Positions 39,001 through 47,306 of a stretch of 64,000 bases of DNA are shown here, piece by piece. Source of the stretch: a virus (lineage: Duplodnaviria > Caudoviricetes); IMG/VR virus record IMGVR_UViG_3300032782_000010, positions 1,930-65,929 of that record; one strand, given 5' to 3'. The notes under the pieces are model-generated. The model ran no database searches. It worked only from the letters and a program-made list of their open reading frames with translations, and was not told where the DNA came from. Each line of letters starts with the position of its first letter. Positions within the stretch are counted from its first letter, which is position 1. A program made the translations under genes and the position numbers.

Positions 39001-39222
39001 CTGTACCCTGACGGGGTTGGTGGGTTGGCGTCTCAGAGAGTCTTGGGGCCTCTCGTCTACAACGCTGGCGTCGTGGCGTTTCAGGTTCTCGAAGCCGTGA
39101 TCCCGCCTACGACTAACTTGTCTCAGATTCAAGTGACGCTCCAGAACGCCGTAAGCTCTAACATAACTTCGGGAGGTATCGTTCTGAGAGTTTTCGGAGC
39201 GTGGATCGAGGGGATCGAATGA
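36088..39222 (+). CDS. central tail/host-specificity protein (Phage-tail_3-like)
   Basis: TSVYG..LP..YG..R..GN.IW, LPNLSFE, WGGC.VW.S.DG, FKFTSFN. Confidence 0.88.
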   Translation: MSGLFGRTNAIQSSKLKGLSAQTSVYGAVLPLGYGRFRLSGNMIWYGDFTATKQKAQGGKGGMFGGGGKGGGVSYEYSAAVLLALCVGGSSLKLFNVYDSAGQVELTVTVETFTVPGGGGSHTVAHSGSTVFYGDHGVTRGDSYSVPTNDYGNPAGSGTLTGTQQTPMATVVASPEAGQYTVSSSGTYAFSAADAGKVMTITYAWAAPTAAGTSGQPITVAQLTFLKGTLGQSPWSYLSTNHPTEALGYTQVAAVASPKMDLGGSGALPNLSFEIGGLLPFGGGIVDSNPRDVIVDALTSTTYGVSFPAAEIGDLSNYSDFCVANGLFMSPVFDSDRPAADWLKDIIDATVSEAFISQGVLKIVPYGDTSAVAFGATYQPQTAPVVDLNDDDFLYDAGEDPVRITRPTIADVFTNVRVEYLERANRYNPTVVEEFDQNAIETYRPRQTSPTSMHFYTTQAASQQAANMILKRQIYVRNQYGFKIDMRYPYLEQMDLVTLTDTNLGLDKTPVRLLSISEDGNGKLDCVAEEFPWGTAAPTLYPKESPAPFVPASDNDPGNVNTPIMFEALSRLNNQIGHAIYMGVSGSDPDWGGCSVWVSTDGTTYEKVDTFFSKSRMGTLTATLASHADPDTTNTLSVDLTESSGELFSGSSADANAFRTLCYVGGATNELISYQDATLTSAFHYNLGTLLRRGVAGSPIGSHASGSPFLRLDDNVFSYDYDPTLIGTTLHFKFTSFNLVGQREQSLADVTDYTIAVTGASLGLLTPAHVTYRPTTNPLTAHDAGSNATINVASFPMRVPGITDINLNSGAITGLSYNTLYYVYYDDPNFFGGAVTYVATTTKETALNGAGRFFVGSITTPRAGGSDTTGNNDGGSGAQLGMVNVFGFQVTGSSASGGATISNSGNIVDGSDSSFCDLTINTGIGSNCFVLLGNASSVQRAFSSLKVKIAVQITQNNAAPNGTTSNSFFDVLYPDGVGGLASQRVLGPLVYNAGVVAFQVLEAVIPPTTNLSQIQVTLQNAVSSNITSGGIVLRVFGAWIEGIE

Positions 39223-39488
39223 AGAAGCTGAAGACGATAGTTCACGGCGACCTGAGAGTCGTCGTGGAGGTGACGGCCTCCGACGACGTGACGCACCACT
39301 GCCTCGACCTCGCGGCGACGTGCGGCGAGACGACGCGGCGCTCGAGGCTGACGCAGCACCCGAACCCGGACCGCGCGATCGAGCACCTCGAGAGCGACGT
39401 CGACAAGCTCGCGGAGAGACTCGCGCGCGAGGCGGCTGGCCACGAGCGCGCGCGGCTGCTGAAGAAGGCGTACCTGGAGGGCGAGTGA
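39219..39488 (+). CDS. hypothetical protein
   Basis: ATGA overlap. Confidence 0.6.
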   Translation: MKKLKTIVHGDLRVVVEVTASDDVTHHCLDLAATCGETTRRSRLTQHPNPDRAIEHLESDVDKLAERLAREAAGHERARLLKKAYLEGE

Positions 39489-39868
39489 TACTTCTTCTCG
39501 TCACGATCTTTCGCTACGACATGACGCTGGCGGCCGTCCTCTACTTCCAGGTTCAGGAGGCGGCGTGGGCCGAGATCATCTCGTTCTTGATCGGCATCGC
39601 GATAAGCACCCTCATCTCCGTGGGCGTCTACAAGGAGAGGATCAGTACGCTCGGCAAGCAGCTCGCAGCGCTGGAAGACACCGCGCGCCGGGAGCGTGGG
39701 GCCCTCGAGAGGAAGCTCGGCGACGAGCGGGAGGACCGCGAGCGACAGCTGAGAGAGATAGCCAACGCGCAGGAGGCGAAGGTGAATCTTCTTAACCAGA
39801 ACATCATGACGCTGACGAGAGACATCGGCGTACTGAGCGGCAGGATACTGAACGGAGGCAAGACATGA
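39485..39868 (+). CDS. membrane protein with coiled coil (holin-like)
   Basis: GGAGG RBS and GTGA overlap; transmembrane segment followed by a coiled coil. Confidence 0.6.
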   Translation: MILLLVTIFRYDMTLAAVLYFQVQEAAWAEIISFLIGIAISTLISVGVYKERISTLGKQLAALEDTARRERGALERKLGDEREDRERQLREIANAQEAKVNLLNQNIMTLTRDIGVLSGRILNGGKT

Positions 39869-40032
39869 GCGGAACCGGAGGGCCACACGGCGTGGTGCTG
39901 ACGTACGAGAACGTCCACGTCACGATAACGGACAACGTCATCGTCGTCACGACTCACACGCCCGTAGGCGTCGTGAAGATCGTCAAGATAAGCCAGAAGA
40001 CCGGCGTGGTGATCGAAGAAGAGAAGGAGTGA
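39865..40032 (+). CDS. hypothetical protein (55 aa)
   Basis: GGAGG RBS; coupled at both ends; below the ORF-track cutoff. Confidence 0.55.
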   Translation: MSGTGGPHGVVLTYENVHVTITDNVIVVTTHTPVGVVKIVKISQKTGVVIEEEKE

Positions 40033-40682
40033 TGCCCGACTGGCTCTACACCACCGTGCCGCTCCTCTGCGCGACCGCCTACGCGGTCGCGTGGCGCCAG
40101 CGACTGGAGCTTCGCTTCTACTTCGTCGCCCAACTCCTCGCCGAGATCGTCCTCGAGGTCGCGCACCGCTTCTGGCTGCCGTATACGTCCACGACGTACG
40201 GAGCTCTCTACGCCGGGATGACGGCGCTGATCCTGCTCGCGTCGCAGCTCTACGTCTGGGACCAGCTCGAGGTCGTCCGCGGCGAGGTTCGCGCTCGGCG
40301 CGTCTGGGCCCTAGCCGCCGTCTTCGCCAGTGGTCCGGTCGCGATCGCGTACTTCGACCTGGCGAAGCCGCTCCGCTACTACAACTGGGTCTACCTCGCC
40401 GAGGCGTTCGTCCTCGTCTTCCAGGCGAGCGCGCTGGCGCAGATCTGCAAGAACCTCTTCGGCGTCTATCGGCGCGTCTCGCTCGTCTTCGTGATGCTCT
40501 GGCTCGCCCTCGCCGGGTTTCGTCTCGGCTTCAACCTTCACCTGCCGGACGTTAGCTGGGTTCGGCTCAACGACCTCGTCCCTTACGCCATCGTCGTCGT
40601 CGGGTTCCTGACGATCGGCGAGATACTTCACCGCTACGAGAGGAGCCTGCGATGGACAACGCCAGCGCGACGCGGCTCGTAG
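40032..40682 (+). CDS. polytopic membrane protein
   Basis: About 7 hydrophobic segments; AAGGAG RBS. Confidence 0.7.
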   Translation: MPDWLYTTVPLLCATAYAVAWRQRLELRFYFVAQLLAEIVLEVAHRFWLPYTSTTYGALYAGMTALILLASQLYVWDQLEVVRGEVRARRVWALAAVFASGPVAIAYFDLAKPLRYYNWVYLAEAFVLVFQASALAQICKNLFGVYRRVSLVFVMLWLALAGFRLGFNLHLPDVSWVRLNDLVPYAIVVVGFLTIGEILHRYERSLRWTTPARRGS

Positions 40683-41185
40683 GCTGCCACCCGGTCGTGC
40701 TCGATCGTCTAAGCCTGCTCGAGCAGCGTCTCGACTTCGAGCTCGAGGTCGTCCAGGGGAAGCGAACGTTCAACCTCCAGTCGGCGTTCTACGCCAGAGG
40801 GCGGGAGTCTCTCGAGGTCGTCAACGAGCTCTACCAGGCCGTAGGGCTCGCGCCGCTCACGCCTGAGGAGAACCTTCGAACGGTGACTAAGGCTCGAGCC
40901 GGGTTCGGCTGGCACGAGTACGGGCTAGCGATCGACGTCGCGCCGTTCGACGAGAACCATAAGCTCGACTGGGACGTAGCTCACCCGAGGTGGCAACAGC
41001 TTCTCTCGGCCGCTACGATCGTAGGATTCGCCGAGGGCGCGGCGTGGCGCACGTTCCCCGACAACCCGCACCTCTACCCTTCGGAGCTCCCATCTTCCCC
41101 GGACGACGCCGTTCGCTACGCGTGGAAGAGCGGCGGGCTCGACGCGGTGTGGCGTCACGTCGCCGAAGAGTATAAGCTGTCGTGA
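40652..41185 (+). CDS. endolysin, peptidase M15 family
   Basis: G.RT...Q...YARGR, VT.A..G..WHEYGLAID, WRTFPDNPH. Confidence 0.88.
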   Translation: MDNASATRLVGCHPVVLDRLSLLEQRLDFELEVVQGKRTFNLQSAFYARGRESLEVVNELYQAVGLAPLTPEENLRTVTKARAGFGWHEYGLAIDVAPFDENHKLDWDVAHPRWQQLLSAATIVGFAEGAAWRTFPDNPHLYPSELPSSPDDAVRYAWKSGGLDAVWRHVAEEYKLS

Positions 41186-41250
41186 CGAAAAAGGTTTTCG
41201 CCGCCGGGCCGCCAGTCAGAGGGCTCAGCGGGAAGGAGAAAGGAAACAAG

Positions 41251-41871
41251 ATGAGATCAGGAAACAAGACTAGATCACTAAGTCGTAGAAGTTTCATGGG
41301 GCTCTCGACCTCCGGCCTGCTAGCACTCGCGGCGTCCGGCGGGGCGATGATCTTCCAGGCAGGCTGCAGCGTGTTCGACTCGATCGTCGCATACGTCGGC
41401 GTCGGCCTCTCGGCGGTCGTCGCCGTCGCGAACCTCCTCGCTGGCAGTGGCGTGACGAGCGTCGGAAGCGGGGAGGCGATCTCCGCGGTGGTCGACCTGA
41501 TCAAGAAGGCGTTCGCGGACGTGCAGGTGGCGATCGCTCAATACGAGGGAGCTCCGGCGGACCAGAAGGCGACGCTCAAGCAGAAGGTCGCGACGGCGCT
41601 CCAGGCGGTGGCCGACGAGATCCAGAAGTTCTGGTCCGACCTCGCCATCCCCGACCCCAAGCTGGGCGACCTAGTCCACGGCCTGCTCGGGATAGTCCTC
41701 TCGACGCTCGCCGGGTTCGCAGCCCAGCTCCCCGCTCCGGTGTCTACGCCTAAGGCGGCCGTCCTGAAGAAGCGTGTGGTCTTCTCGCCGAAGAAGCGCT
41801 CGGTCGCGAAGTTCCGCGACGACTTCAACAAGCTGCTCGAGCAGGGCGGCTACTCCAGCTATAAGATATAA
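41251..41871 (+). CDS. Tat-exported lipoprotein
   Basis: SRRSFM twin-arginine motif, hydrophobic core, QAG-C lipobox-like site. Confidence 0.7.
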   Translation: MRSGNKTRSLSRRSFMGLSTSGLLALAASGGAMIFQAGCSVFDSIVAYVGVGLSAVVAVANLLAGSGVTSVGSGEAISAVVDLIKKAFADVQVAIAQYEGAPADQKATLKQKVATALQAVADEIQKFWSDLAIPDPKLGDLVHGLLGIVLSTLAGFAAQLPAPVSTPKAAVLKKRVVFSPKKRSVAKFRDDFNKLLEQGGYSSYKI

Positions 41872-41880
41872 ACTCTATTC

Positions 41881-41915
41881 TCCGGTGCGGGCTCTCTCGA
41901 AGAGCTCGCACCGGA
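41881..41915 (+). other. strong intergenic hairpin
   Basis: TCCGGTGCGGGCTCT-CTCGA-AGAGCTCGCACCGGA. Confidence 0.6.
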
Positions 41916-41938
41916 CTCTCTCGCCATAAAGGAGAACC

Positions 41939-42679
41939 ATGAAGCTAGGAAAGTTGCCGCCTAAGTTCCACCCGAAGACGCTCCTGCTCGAGAAGTACAC
42001 CACGCCGACGGCGCTCCCTCCGCCGCCCAAGAAGACATACTGGGAGTACAAGGTGCGCCCTGACTCGTGGCCGATGTACGCCAACGACCGCATCGGCGAC
42101 TGCACGGTCGCGGCGATCGCGCACATGATCCAGAACTTCACCGCGCACTCCGGCGGGATGGTCACGCCGCTAGAGGACGAGGTCGTCTCGACGTACTCGC
42201 ACCTTAGCGGCTACGACCCTAAGACTGGCGCGAACGACAACGGCCTCGCGATCGTCGACGTCCTGAACTTCTGGCGAACCACCGGGCTCTCCGGCTCGAG
42301 GATCGTCGGCTGGGCGAAGGTGGACCACACGAGCCTCGACGCTGTCCGCCAGGCTATCTGGCTATTCGGCGGAGTGGACGTAGGAGCCAACCTGCCGCTC
42401 AACTCCGAGAGCCAGTTCGAGAACCGCGAGGTCTGGCACGTCGACTCGAGAAACGACGACCCTATCGGCGGCCACTCGTTCCCGCTCTTCGGCTACGGGA
42501 GGGACGGCTTCACGGGGAACACGTGGGGGCAGCTCCAGTCGATGCTCGTCAGCTGGTTCGAGAAGTACGTCGACGAGGCGTACGCCGTCGTCACGCCGGA
42601 CTGGATAGTTCGCGCGACGAGCCTCTCGCCGTCCGGTCTGAACCTGGACGAACTCCTTCGCGACCTCTCGATGGTCTGA
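41939..42679 (+). CDS. papain-like cysteine peptidase
   Basis: ND.IGDCTVAA catalytic Cys, GGH, NTWG. Confidence 0.75.
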   Translation: MKLGKLPPKFHPKTLLLEKYTTPTALPPPPKKTYWEYKVRPDSWPMYANDRIGDCTVAAIAHMIQNFTAHSGGMVTPLEDEVVSTYSHLSGYDPKTGANDNGLAIVDVLNFWRTTGLSGSRIVGWAKVDHTSLDAVRQAIWLFGGVDVGANLPLNSESQFENREVWHVDSRNDDPIGGHSFPLFGYGRDGFTGNTWGQLQSMLVSWFEKYVDEAYAVVTPDWIVRATSLSPSGLNLDELLRDLSMV

Positions 42680-42698
42680 GAAACTTAACCCCGGACGC

Positions 42699-42734
42699 AA
42701 AAAAGGCGCGCCTCGAGAAGAGACGCGCCTTTTT
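42699..42734. terminator. bidirectional intrinsic terminator
   Basis: AAAAAAGGCGCGCCTC-GAGAA-GAGACGCGCCTTTTT between convergent genes. Confidence 0.88.
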
Positions 42735-42759
42735 ATTTCAGAAGCCGCCTTTATTTTTC

Positions 42760-43236
42760 TTACCAGAAGCCGCCGGGAAGCTTCGACGTACACCTCTCCG
42801 TGCCCTTAGGGTCGATAGTAGAGTTGCACGCCGCGAGCTGAGCGTGGTCGGCGATCGCACCCGCCATCCACGCTCTTCCGGTCCATCTCACCCACCGACG
42901 AGAGCTCCTCTCGGTGAGGTAGAACGTCAGCGTCTGCGCTGCGAAGAACGCGGCGTTCACGCCGACCTGCCGCGACGTCGACGGGTGCCTTCCCAGGAGC
43001 GGGTTCAGCTCTACGCCGCCTCGCTCTATAAGCGAGCGAGTAGTGAGTATGTCGGCCGACTTCGCCGCGGCGAGCAGACCGACGCCGATGAAGAACGTAC
43101 GACGGTCTATGGTGTGGCGACGTACTACGTCGACCCGGACCGCGTCTAGCTTAGCAACGGGAGCGTCTGGAAGCGCATCCGCGCGTGCGAGAACGGGGAC
43201 GAGTAAAAGACTAAGGATTAGTATGCTGAGTCTCAC
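42760..43236 (-). CDS. exported/membrane protein with LPDAP motif
   Basis: Signal peptide, LPDAPV, ELNPLLGRHPS; paralogue of 55258-56028. Confidence 0.7.
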   Translation of the reverse strand: MRLSILILSLLLVPVLARADALPDAPVAKLDAVRVDVVRRHTIDRRTFFIGVGLLAAAKSADILTTRSLIERGGVELNPLLGRHPSTSRQVGVNAAFFAAQTLTFYLTERSSRRWVRWTGRAWMAGAIADHAQLAACNSTIDPKGTERCTSKLPGGFW

Positions 43237-43454
43237 TGGAGCTCCTTTCTGAGCAGCTCCTCTACGGGCTGCGAGTCGTCGCTGATAAAGAGGAGCTCGT
43301 CTGCGATGTGCGACTTTACGATCGCGACGCGCTCTACCTCGGGCATCCTTCGAATGCGCTTCTCGAGGACGTTCGTCTCCTCCGTAGTCTCGTGGTCGAA
43401 GACGACGAAGCGTGGCATCGAGCCTCTGAGCTTCACGACGAGCAGGGCTTTCAT
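43233..43454 (-). CDS. hypothetical protein
   Basis: ATG 43454 overlapping the upstream stop. Confidence 0.6.
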   Translation of the reverse strand: MKALLVVKLRGSMPRFVVFDHETTEETNVLEKRIRRMPEVERVAIVKSHIADELLFISDDSQPVEELLRKELQ

Positions 43455-43633
43455 CTCTTCTTCTTCCTCTCGTAGACGCTCTCGTATATTATGTGGGCCC
43501 TGAGTATGCGCATCGCGTTGAGAAAAGAGTACGTCCCGCCGCGAAGCGGAAGCAGGAAGAGCTCGCGGAGGACGCACGTGCGGCCGAGCCTCTCGCGAGT
43601 GTCTATGACCATAAACGGCGGCTTGATCCTCAT
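43451..43633 (-). CDS. small hypothetical protein, paralogue of the next gene
   Basis: GGAGG RBS; MRIKPPFMVIDT. Confidence 0.6.
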   Translation of the reverse strand: MRIKPPFMVIDTRERLGRTCVLRELFLLPLRGGTYSFLNAMRILRAHIIYESVYERKKKR

Positions 43634-43809
43634 CGTCTTGGCCTCCTCTTTGGAGGACGAAGAAAGCCCTCCTCTACGAACACGCACATCGACTCGAGCA
43701 TCGAGTATCGCTTGCCCAGTAGCGGGCATATGAAGAGTCTGCGAACCCACTTGTGCATGTTCGGTATCGTCTTGGTGTCGACTACGGCGAACGGAGCTCT
43801 TACTCTCAT
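43630..43809 (-). CDS. small hypothetical protein, paralogue of the previous gene
   Basis: GAGG RBS; MRVRAPFAVVDT. Confidence 0.6.
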   Translation of the reverse strand: MRVRAPFAVVDTKTIPNMHKWVRRLFICPLLGKRYSMLESMCVFVEEGFLRPPKRRPRR

Positions 43810-44684
43810 GTGATCGACCTCTGGAAGCCGACGTGATACTTCGGCTCCCACGAGTCGAAGCAGGCGTGGCAGAGCGTCCGCGCCTTATAGCCGAGCGTCT
43901 TCGCGCCGCACCCGCAGCAGAAACTGCCGAACATCAGCTCGTAGTCCCAGGCGGTGCTCGAAGAAGACACCTGCCTCACCCAGCTCCCGCAGCTCGTCCA
44001 GCCGTGAGACCAGCGCGGACGTATCACCGGGATGAATCCGGCCGACTCGATCTTCGCGACGACAGCCTCCGCCTTCGAGACCCAGTCCTTGCCTATCTTG
44101 TGGAAGTCGACGATCAGCGCCCGTATCCCGGGCTGGACTATCGGGTAGTCGTACTCCGCGCCCTCGACGTCTATCTTGACGACTGTGGCCTCCCGGACGG
44201 CCTCGACGTACGATACGGCCGGGACGGTGATGGGGTCCTTGGCCCTGGACGCGACGATCGAGTTGGAGACGCCAGTCTTGCGCGATAGATAGAAGTCCAC
44301 GCTCTCTCGCGCGTCGCCGGTCACCGCGACGTTCGCGAGCTCCAGGTTCCTGCAGCTCGCGGCGTTCTTCTGGAGGACCGAGAACGAGAACGGCGTAGGC
44401 TCGTACGCGACGACGCGACGCACCGGGAAGCGCGCGCAGCGGAGCGCGTACGTTCCGACGTACGCGCCGACGTCGACCACGAAGTCCGAGTGCCGCAGCT
44501 CGATCGACGAGCACTCGCGCATCGACGTGACGAACGGCTCTCGGACCCCGTCCGAGATCACCAGGTGGCCGCCGGGGACGCCGGCGCCTCTGTGAAATAC
44601 GGTCGTCAGCTCGAGCTTCTGCCTGCGCTCGTACTTCTTCTTCGGCGCCTTCTCGACGACGAAGAGCTTCTCTTGTGTTCCCAT
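43806..44684 (-). CDS. FkbM-family methyltransferase with C-terminal Cys cluster
   Basis: VVDVGAYVG, VVAYEP, VKIDVEGAEY; CCGC...CHAC. Confidence 0.85.
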   Translation of the reverse strand: MGTQEKLFVVEKAPKKKYERRQKLELTTVFHRGAGVPGGHLVISDGVREPFVTSMRECSSIELRHSDFVVDVGAYVGTYALRCARFPVRRVVAYEPTPFSFSVLQKNAASCRNLELANVAVTGDARESVDFYLSRKTGVSNSIVASRAKDPITVPAVSYVEAVREATVVKIDVEGAEYDYPIVQPGIRALIVDFHKIGKDWVSKAEAVVAKIESAGFIPVIRPRWSHGWTSCGSWVRQVSSSSTAWDYELMFGSFCCGCGAKTLGYKARTLCHACFDSWEPKYHVGFQRSIT

Positions 44685-44700
44685 CGGTTCTCTCCTCTCG

Positions 44701-44764
44701 CTCGGGCTTGGGACCGAGACCTGCGCATTACGGCGAGACGCGTGACCGGCCCGCCGCCCTCTGC
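44701..44764 (-). ncRNA. twister-like self-cleaving ribozyme (circularly permuted, P5-type order)
   Basis: Minus strand GCAGAGGG-[CGGCG...CGCCG P1]-UAAUGCGC-AGGU-CUCGG-UCCCAAGC-CCGAG; UGC/GCA (P2), CCC/GGG (T1) and GC/GC (T2) pairings possible. Confidence 0.72.
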
Positions 44765-44775
44765 TTTTCTTCGTC

Positions 44776-45471
44776 CTACGCCTTCTTCTCCGGCGCGTCC
44801 GAGACCTTCACGAACCGCTTCTTCGCGAGCAAGCTCAGGTGGTCGCGCATGAGACGGGGGAAGTCCTTCTTGTCCGTCTTGAGCTGCCCGTCCGCCTTTA
44901 CGGCGGCCGCGACCTGCTCGACCGTCGACGGCTTCGCGAGCTTCTTCAGCGCGCGAAAGACGAGCACGGTGTGTGACTTGACCTCCTTGTCCGCGACCTG
45001 CTCGCTGAACTTCTCGCTCACGTTCGCCGTCGCGACCTCGTAGAGCTTGTCAGCGAGGATCGCGCGAACGCGAACCTTCGGCTGGGCCTTCGTCTTCTTG
45101 CTGCTGTTCGACATGTCGTTCTCCTCTTTTTGATTTTGGTACGAGTGTCTAGCGACGTCGTGCCGCGTACCGTCCGGCACGACCATCGTCTCGATGCTCC
45201 AGTGCTGCACTCCGGTGGGCGATGAGATCGGTATCTCCCTCCCGTCGCCGGTCCGTATGGTACGCTCTACGCGGTCGAGCAGCATGATCGTCGCCGAGCA
45301 GCTGCCGATGCTTATGACGTACCCCTTCCGGACGCGCCCCGTAGTCTCGAGCAGAAGTCCGAACCCGTCGCCCTCTCGGAGCGTACGGATAGGGACCTCG
45401 TTCTTCTGCGTGAACTCCACGGTCTCCGCCAGAGCGGTCGCGACCGTGGCTACTGCCTCAGGTTCTGACAT
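44776..45471 (-). CDS. two-domain hypothetical protein; C-terminal basic winged-helix-like domain has its own start at 45114
   Basis: RBS GGGAGAACCAAG before 45471 and GAGGAGAACGAC before in-frame ATG 45114. Confidence 0.65.
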   Translation of the reverse strand: MSEPEAVATVATALAETVEFTQKNEVPIRTLREGDGFGLLLETTGRVRKGYVISIGSCSATIMLLDRVERTIRTGDGREIPISSPTGVQHWSIETMVVPDGTRHDVARHSYQNQKEENDMSNSSKKTKAQPKVRVRAILADKLYEVATANVSEKFSEQVADKEVKSHTVLVFRALKKLAKPSTVEQVAAAVKADGQLKTDKKDFPRLMRDHLSLLAKKRFVKVSDAPEKKA

Positions 45472-45493
45472 CGACTTGGTTCTCCCTTCTTTC

Positions 45494-45550
45494 GGTCTCG
45501 TCAGTGAGCGTCTCACGCTCAGACGGCGGGTGGATCCCGCCGTTTCGACC
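45494..45550 (-). ncRNA. type II hammerhead ribozyme
   Basis: Minus strand GGUC-GAAA-CGGCGGG-AUCCA-CCCGCCG-UC^UGAGCG-UGAGA-CGCUCA-CUGACGA-GACC; complete core, three perfect stems. Confidence 0.95.
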
Positions 45551-46707
45551 TACTCTACGACCGTCATCGCGCCGCCGGCGAAGTCTTGAAGCTCGAGCTT
45601 CCGGCGCTCGTCGCTCGTCTCGTTCGCCAGCCAGGAGAGCGCGTTCGACCAGCGCCAAGCGGTCTGGCCCGCCGGGAGCAGCTCGACGTCGGCCGACGAG
45701 AACTTCTCGACGACCTTCTCGCCCTCCTCCTTGTTGAGGTGCTTCTTGACCCACGTCGTGATCGCGCTCGGCGCGATCTTCTCTTCGTTCGCTCGCTTGA
45801 CCATCGCGAGGTAGCGGTTGACGGCGTCAGAGCCGAGTACGTTCTTCGTCACGTCGTTGACGGCCGAGGCCATCGCCTTGGTGTCGAGCTCGTACGTCTG
45901 CGTGCTGAACTGGACGTTGTCCGGCAGCCGCTTCCCGAGGTGGACCTGAGAGAGAACGTCCTCGGTCGTCGCCAGGTTGGTGCACCACATGCGCTCGACG
46001 AAGCCGTTGACGGCCAGCTTCCCGTCGCCGTAGTCGGAGTCGCGTATCTCGGCGCCGAACGCCATGATCTCGCCGGGGAACGGCTCGAAGACGTACGGCA
46101 GGATGGCGCGAAGGTGGATCTTGGTCTGGAGCGCGAAGCCGTCTATCGGACGGGCGCCGAACTCCTGGATGCCCTTGATGAACGCCTCGAGCACCGGGCG
46201 CGAGTCGAGTCGACGATACTTGTCGCTCAGGAAGCCGCGGAGCTCGCCGCGTACGCTGCGGAGCAGGAAGCGGTCGCCGTTGAGGTGCGAGTAGACCTCG
46301 TTGAAGAAGTGCGCGACGAGCTTCGCGCCCCACTCGCCGCGAGAGCGGAGCTCGCTCACTACCGTGCCGAGGTTGCGGATACCGGCGCGGCCGGCGACCT
46401 GCGCTAGCGCGTGGTCGTGAACCTGGAGCTGCTGCTTGTCGGGGGTGATAGCGACCAGGCCGCGTTGGTTCGGCTCGAGCACTACGCCCGGTGCCCGCGC
46501 TGCGAAGAAGGCGCCGTTCGCCTCGAAGTGTAGCGCTCGGCCGAGCGCTACCTGGTCGGCGGGGATGTCCCTCTCTACCTGCTCGATCACGTTAGCGACT
46601 CGAGAGACGCTCCCGTGGATGCGCTCTTCGAGCCTCTTCCGGAACGTCTCTGCGGCTTCTCCTACTGCGACGTCGTACGGACGCTCGTCGTGGTGTGTCA
46701 TCGTCAT
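45550..46707 (-). CDS. DUF932-like protein
   Basis: LRGFLSDKYRRLD, IRDSDYGDG...ERMWCTN...HLG; AAGGAGAACCAAA RBS. Confidence 0.7.
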   Translation of the reverse strand: MTMTHHDERPYDVAVGEAAETFRKRLEERIHGSVSRVANVIEQVERDIPADQVALGRALHFEANGAFFAARAPGVVLEPNQRGLVAITPDKQQLQVHDHALAQVAGRAGIRNLGTVVSELRSRGEWGAKLVAHFFNEVYSHLNGDRFLLRSVRGELRGFLSDKYRRLDSRPVLEAFIKGIQEFGARPIDGFALQTKIHLRAILPYVFEPFPGEIMAFGAEIRDSDYGDGKLAVNGFVERMWCTNLATTEDVLSQVHLGKRLPDNVQFSTQTYELDTKAMASAVNDVTKNVLGSDAVNRYLAMVKRANEEKIAPSAITTWVKKHLNKEEGEKVVEKFSSADVELLPAGQTAWRWSNALSWLANETSDERRKLELQDFAGGAMTVVE

Positions 46708-46740
46708 TTTGGTTCTCCTTCGAGCCTCGCGAGGCTCGTT

Positions 46741-46806
46741 CTCAGTCTCATCAGGCCGAGTGATACTCGGCGACGAGCGTCGACGTCGACGCTCGTTTCG
46801 ACTTAG
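46741..46806 (-). ncRNA. type II hammerhead ribozyme
   Basis: Minus strand CUAAGUC-GAAA-CGAGCGUCGACGUCGACGCUCG-UC^GCCGAG-UAUCA-CUCGGC-CUGAUGA-GACUGAG. Confidence 0.95.
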
Positions 46807-46842
46807 CGGGGGAGCATAAGGCACCTCCGTGAAAAAAAAATA

Positions 46843-47049
46843 TCAGCGAGCGCCGTGAGTTCCGTGCCCGGTAGGGCAGCAATCGCGGCAGAGCTCGGCG
46901 TATGGAGGAGAGAGTCTCTCGCTCTCTCCCGGCCCGTATGGGCGGCAGCAGTCAGGACAACGCATCAGCGTCGACGTTCCGGGGTTCGTCTTCGTCGGAA
47001 AGTCCGACCTCCCGCACTTGGCGCAACGTATATATCTAACGTTAGGCAC
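46843..47049 (-). CDS. Cys-rich (Zn-binding) small protein
   Basis: CAKC, CPDCC, CRDCC. Confidence 0.55.
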   Translation of the reverse strand: MPNVRYIRCAKCGRSDFPTKTNPGTSTLMRCPDCCRPYGPGESERLSPPYAELCRDCCPTGHGTHGAR

Positions 47050-47290
47050 GGGCGAGCCTCTCGATGCTCATAGAGTGAGCAACCGAATCCACACTCACGT
47101 GCTCGTACGAGAGTCCGTCGCCCACGGTGAGGAACGTCACCTCGAGGTCCTTCATCCCGTGGTCGTACTCGAGCACGTGGTCGAGCTTCGTCGCGAGCGC
47201 GTCGCCGTCGACCGTCTCCGGCGCGAGCATGCCGACCACTGCGACTTTCCCGGTCCTGATATTTCGCACAGAAAACCATGCTTGTGTCAT
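47042..47290 (-). CDS. hypothetical protein
   Basis: AAGGGAG RBS; first gene of the leftward operon. Confidence 0.65.
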   Translation of the reverse strand: MTQAWFSVRNIRTGKVAVVGMLAPETVDGDALATKLDHVLEYDHGMKDLEVTFLTVGDGLSYEHVSVDSVAHSMSIERLARA

Positions 47291-47306
47291 CTTTGTTTCT
47301 CCCTTC

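Noticed and set aside
45472-46824. ORF-track upstream extensions to 45516 and 46824
   Set aside because: They run through the hammerhead motifs; RBS-supported starts are 45471 and 46707
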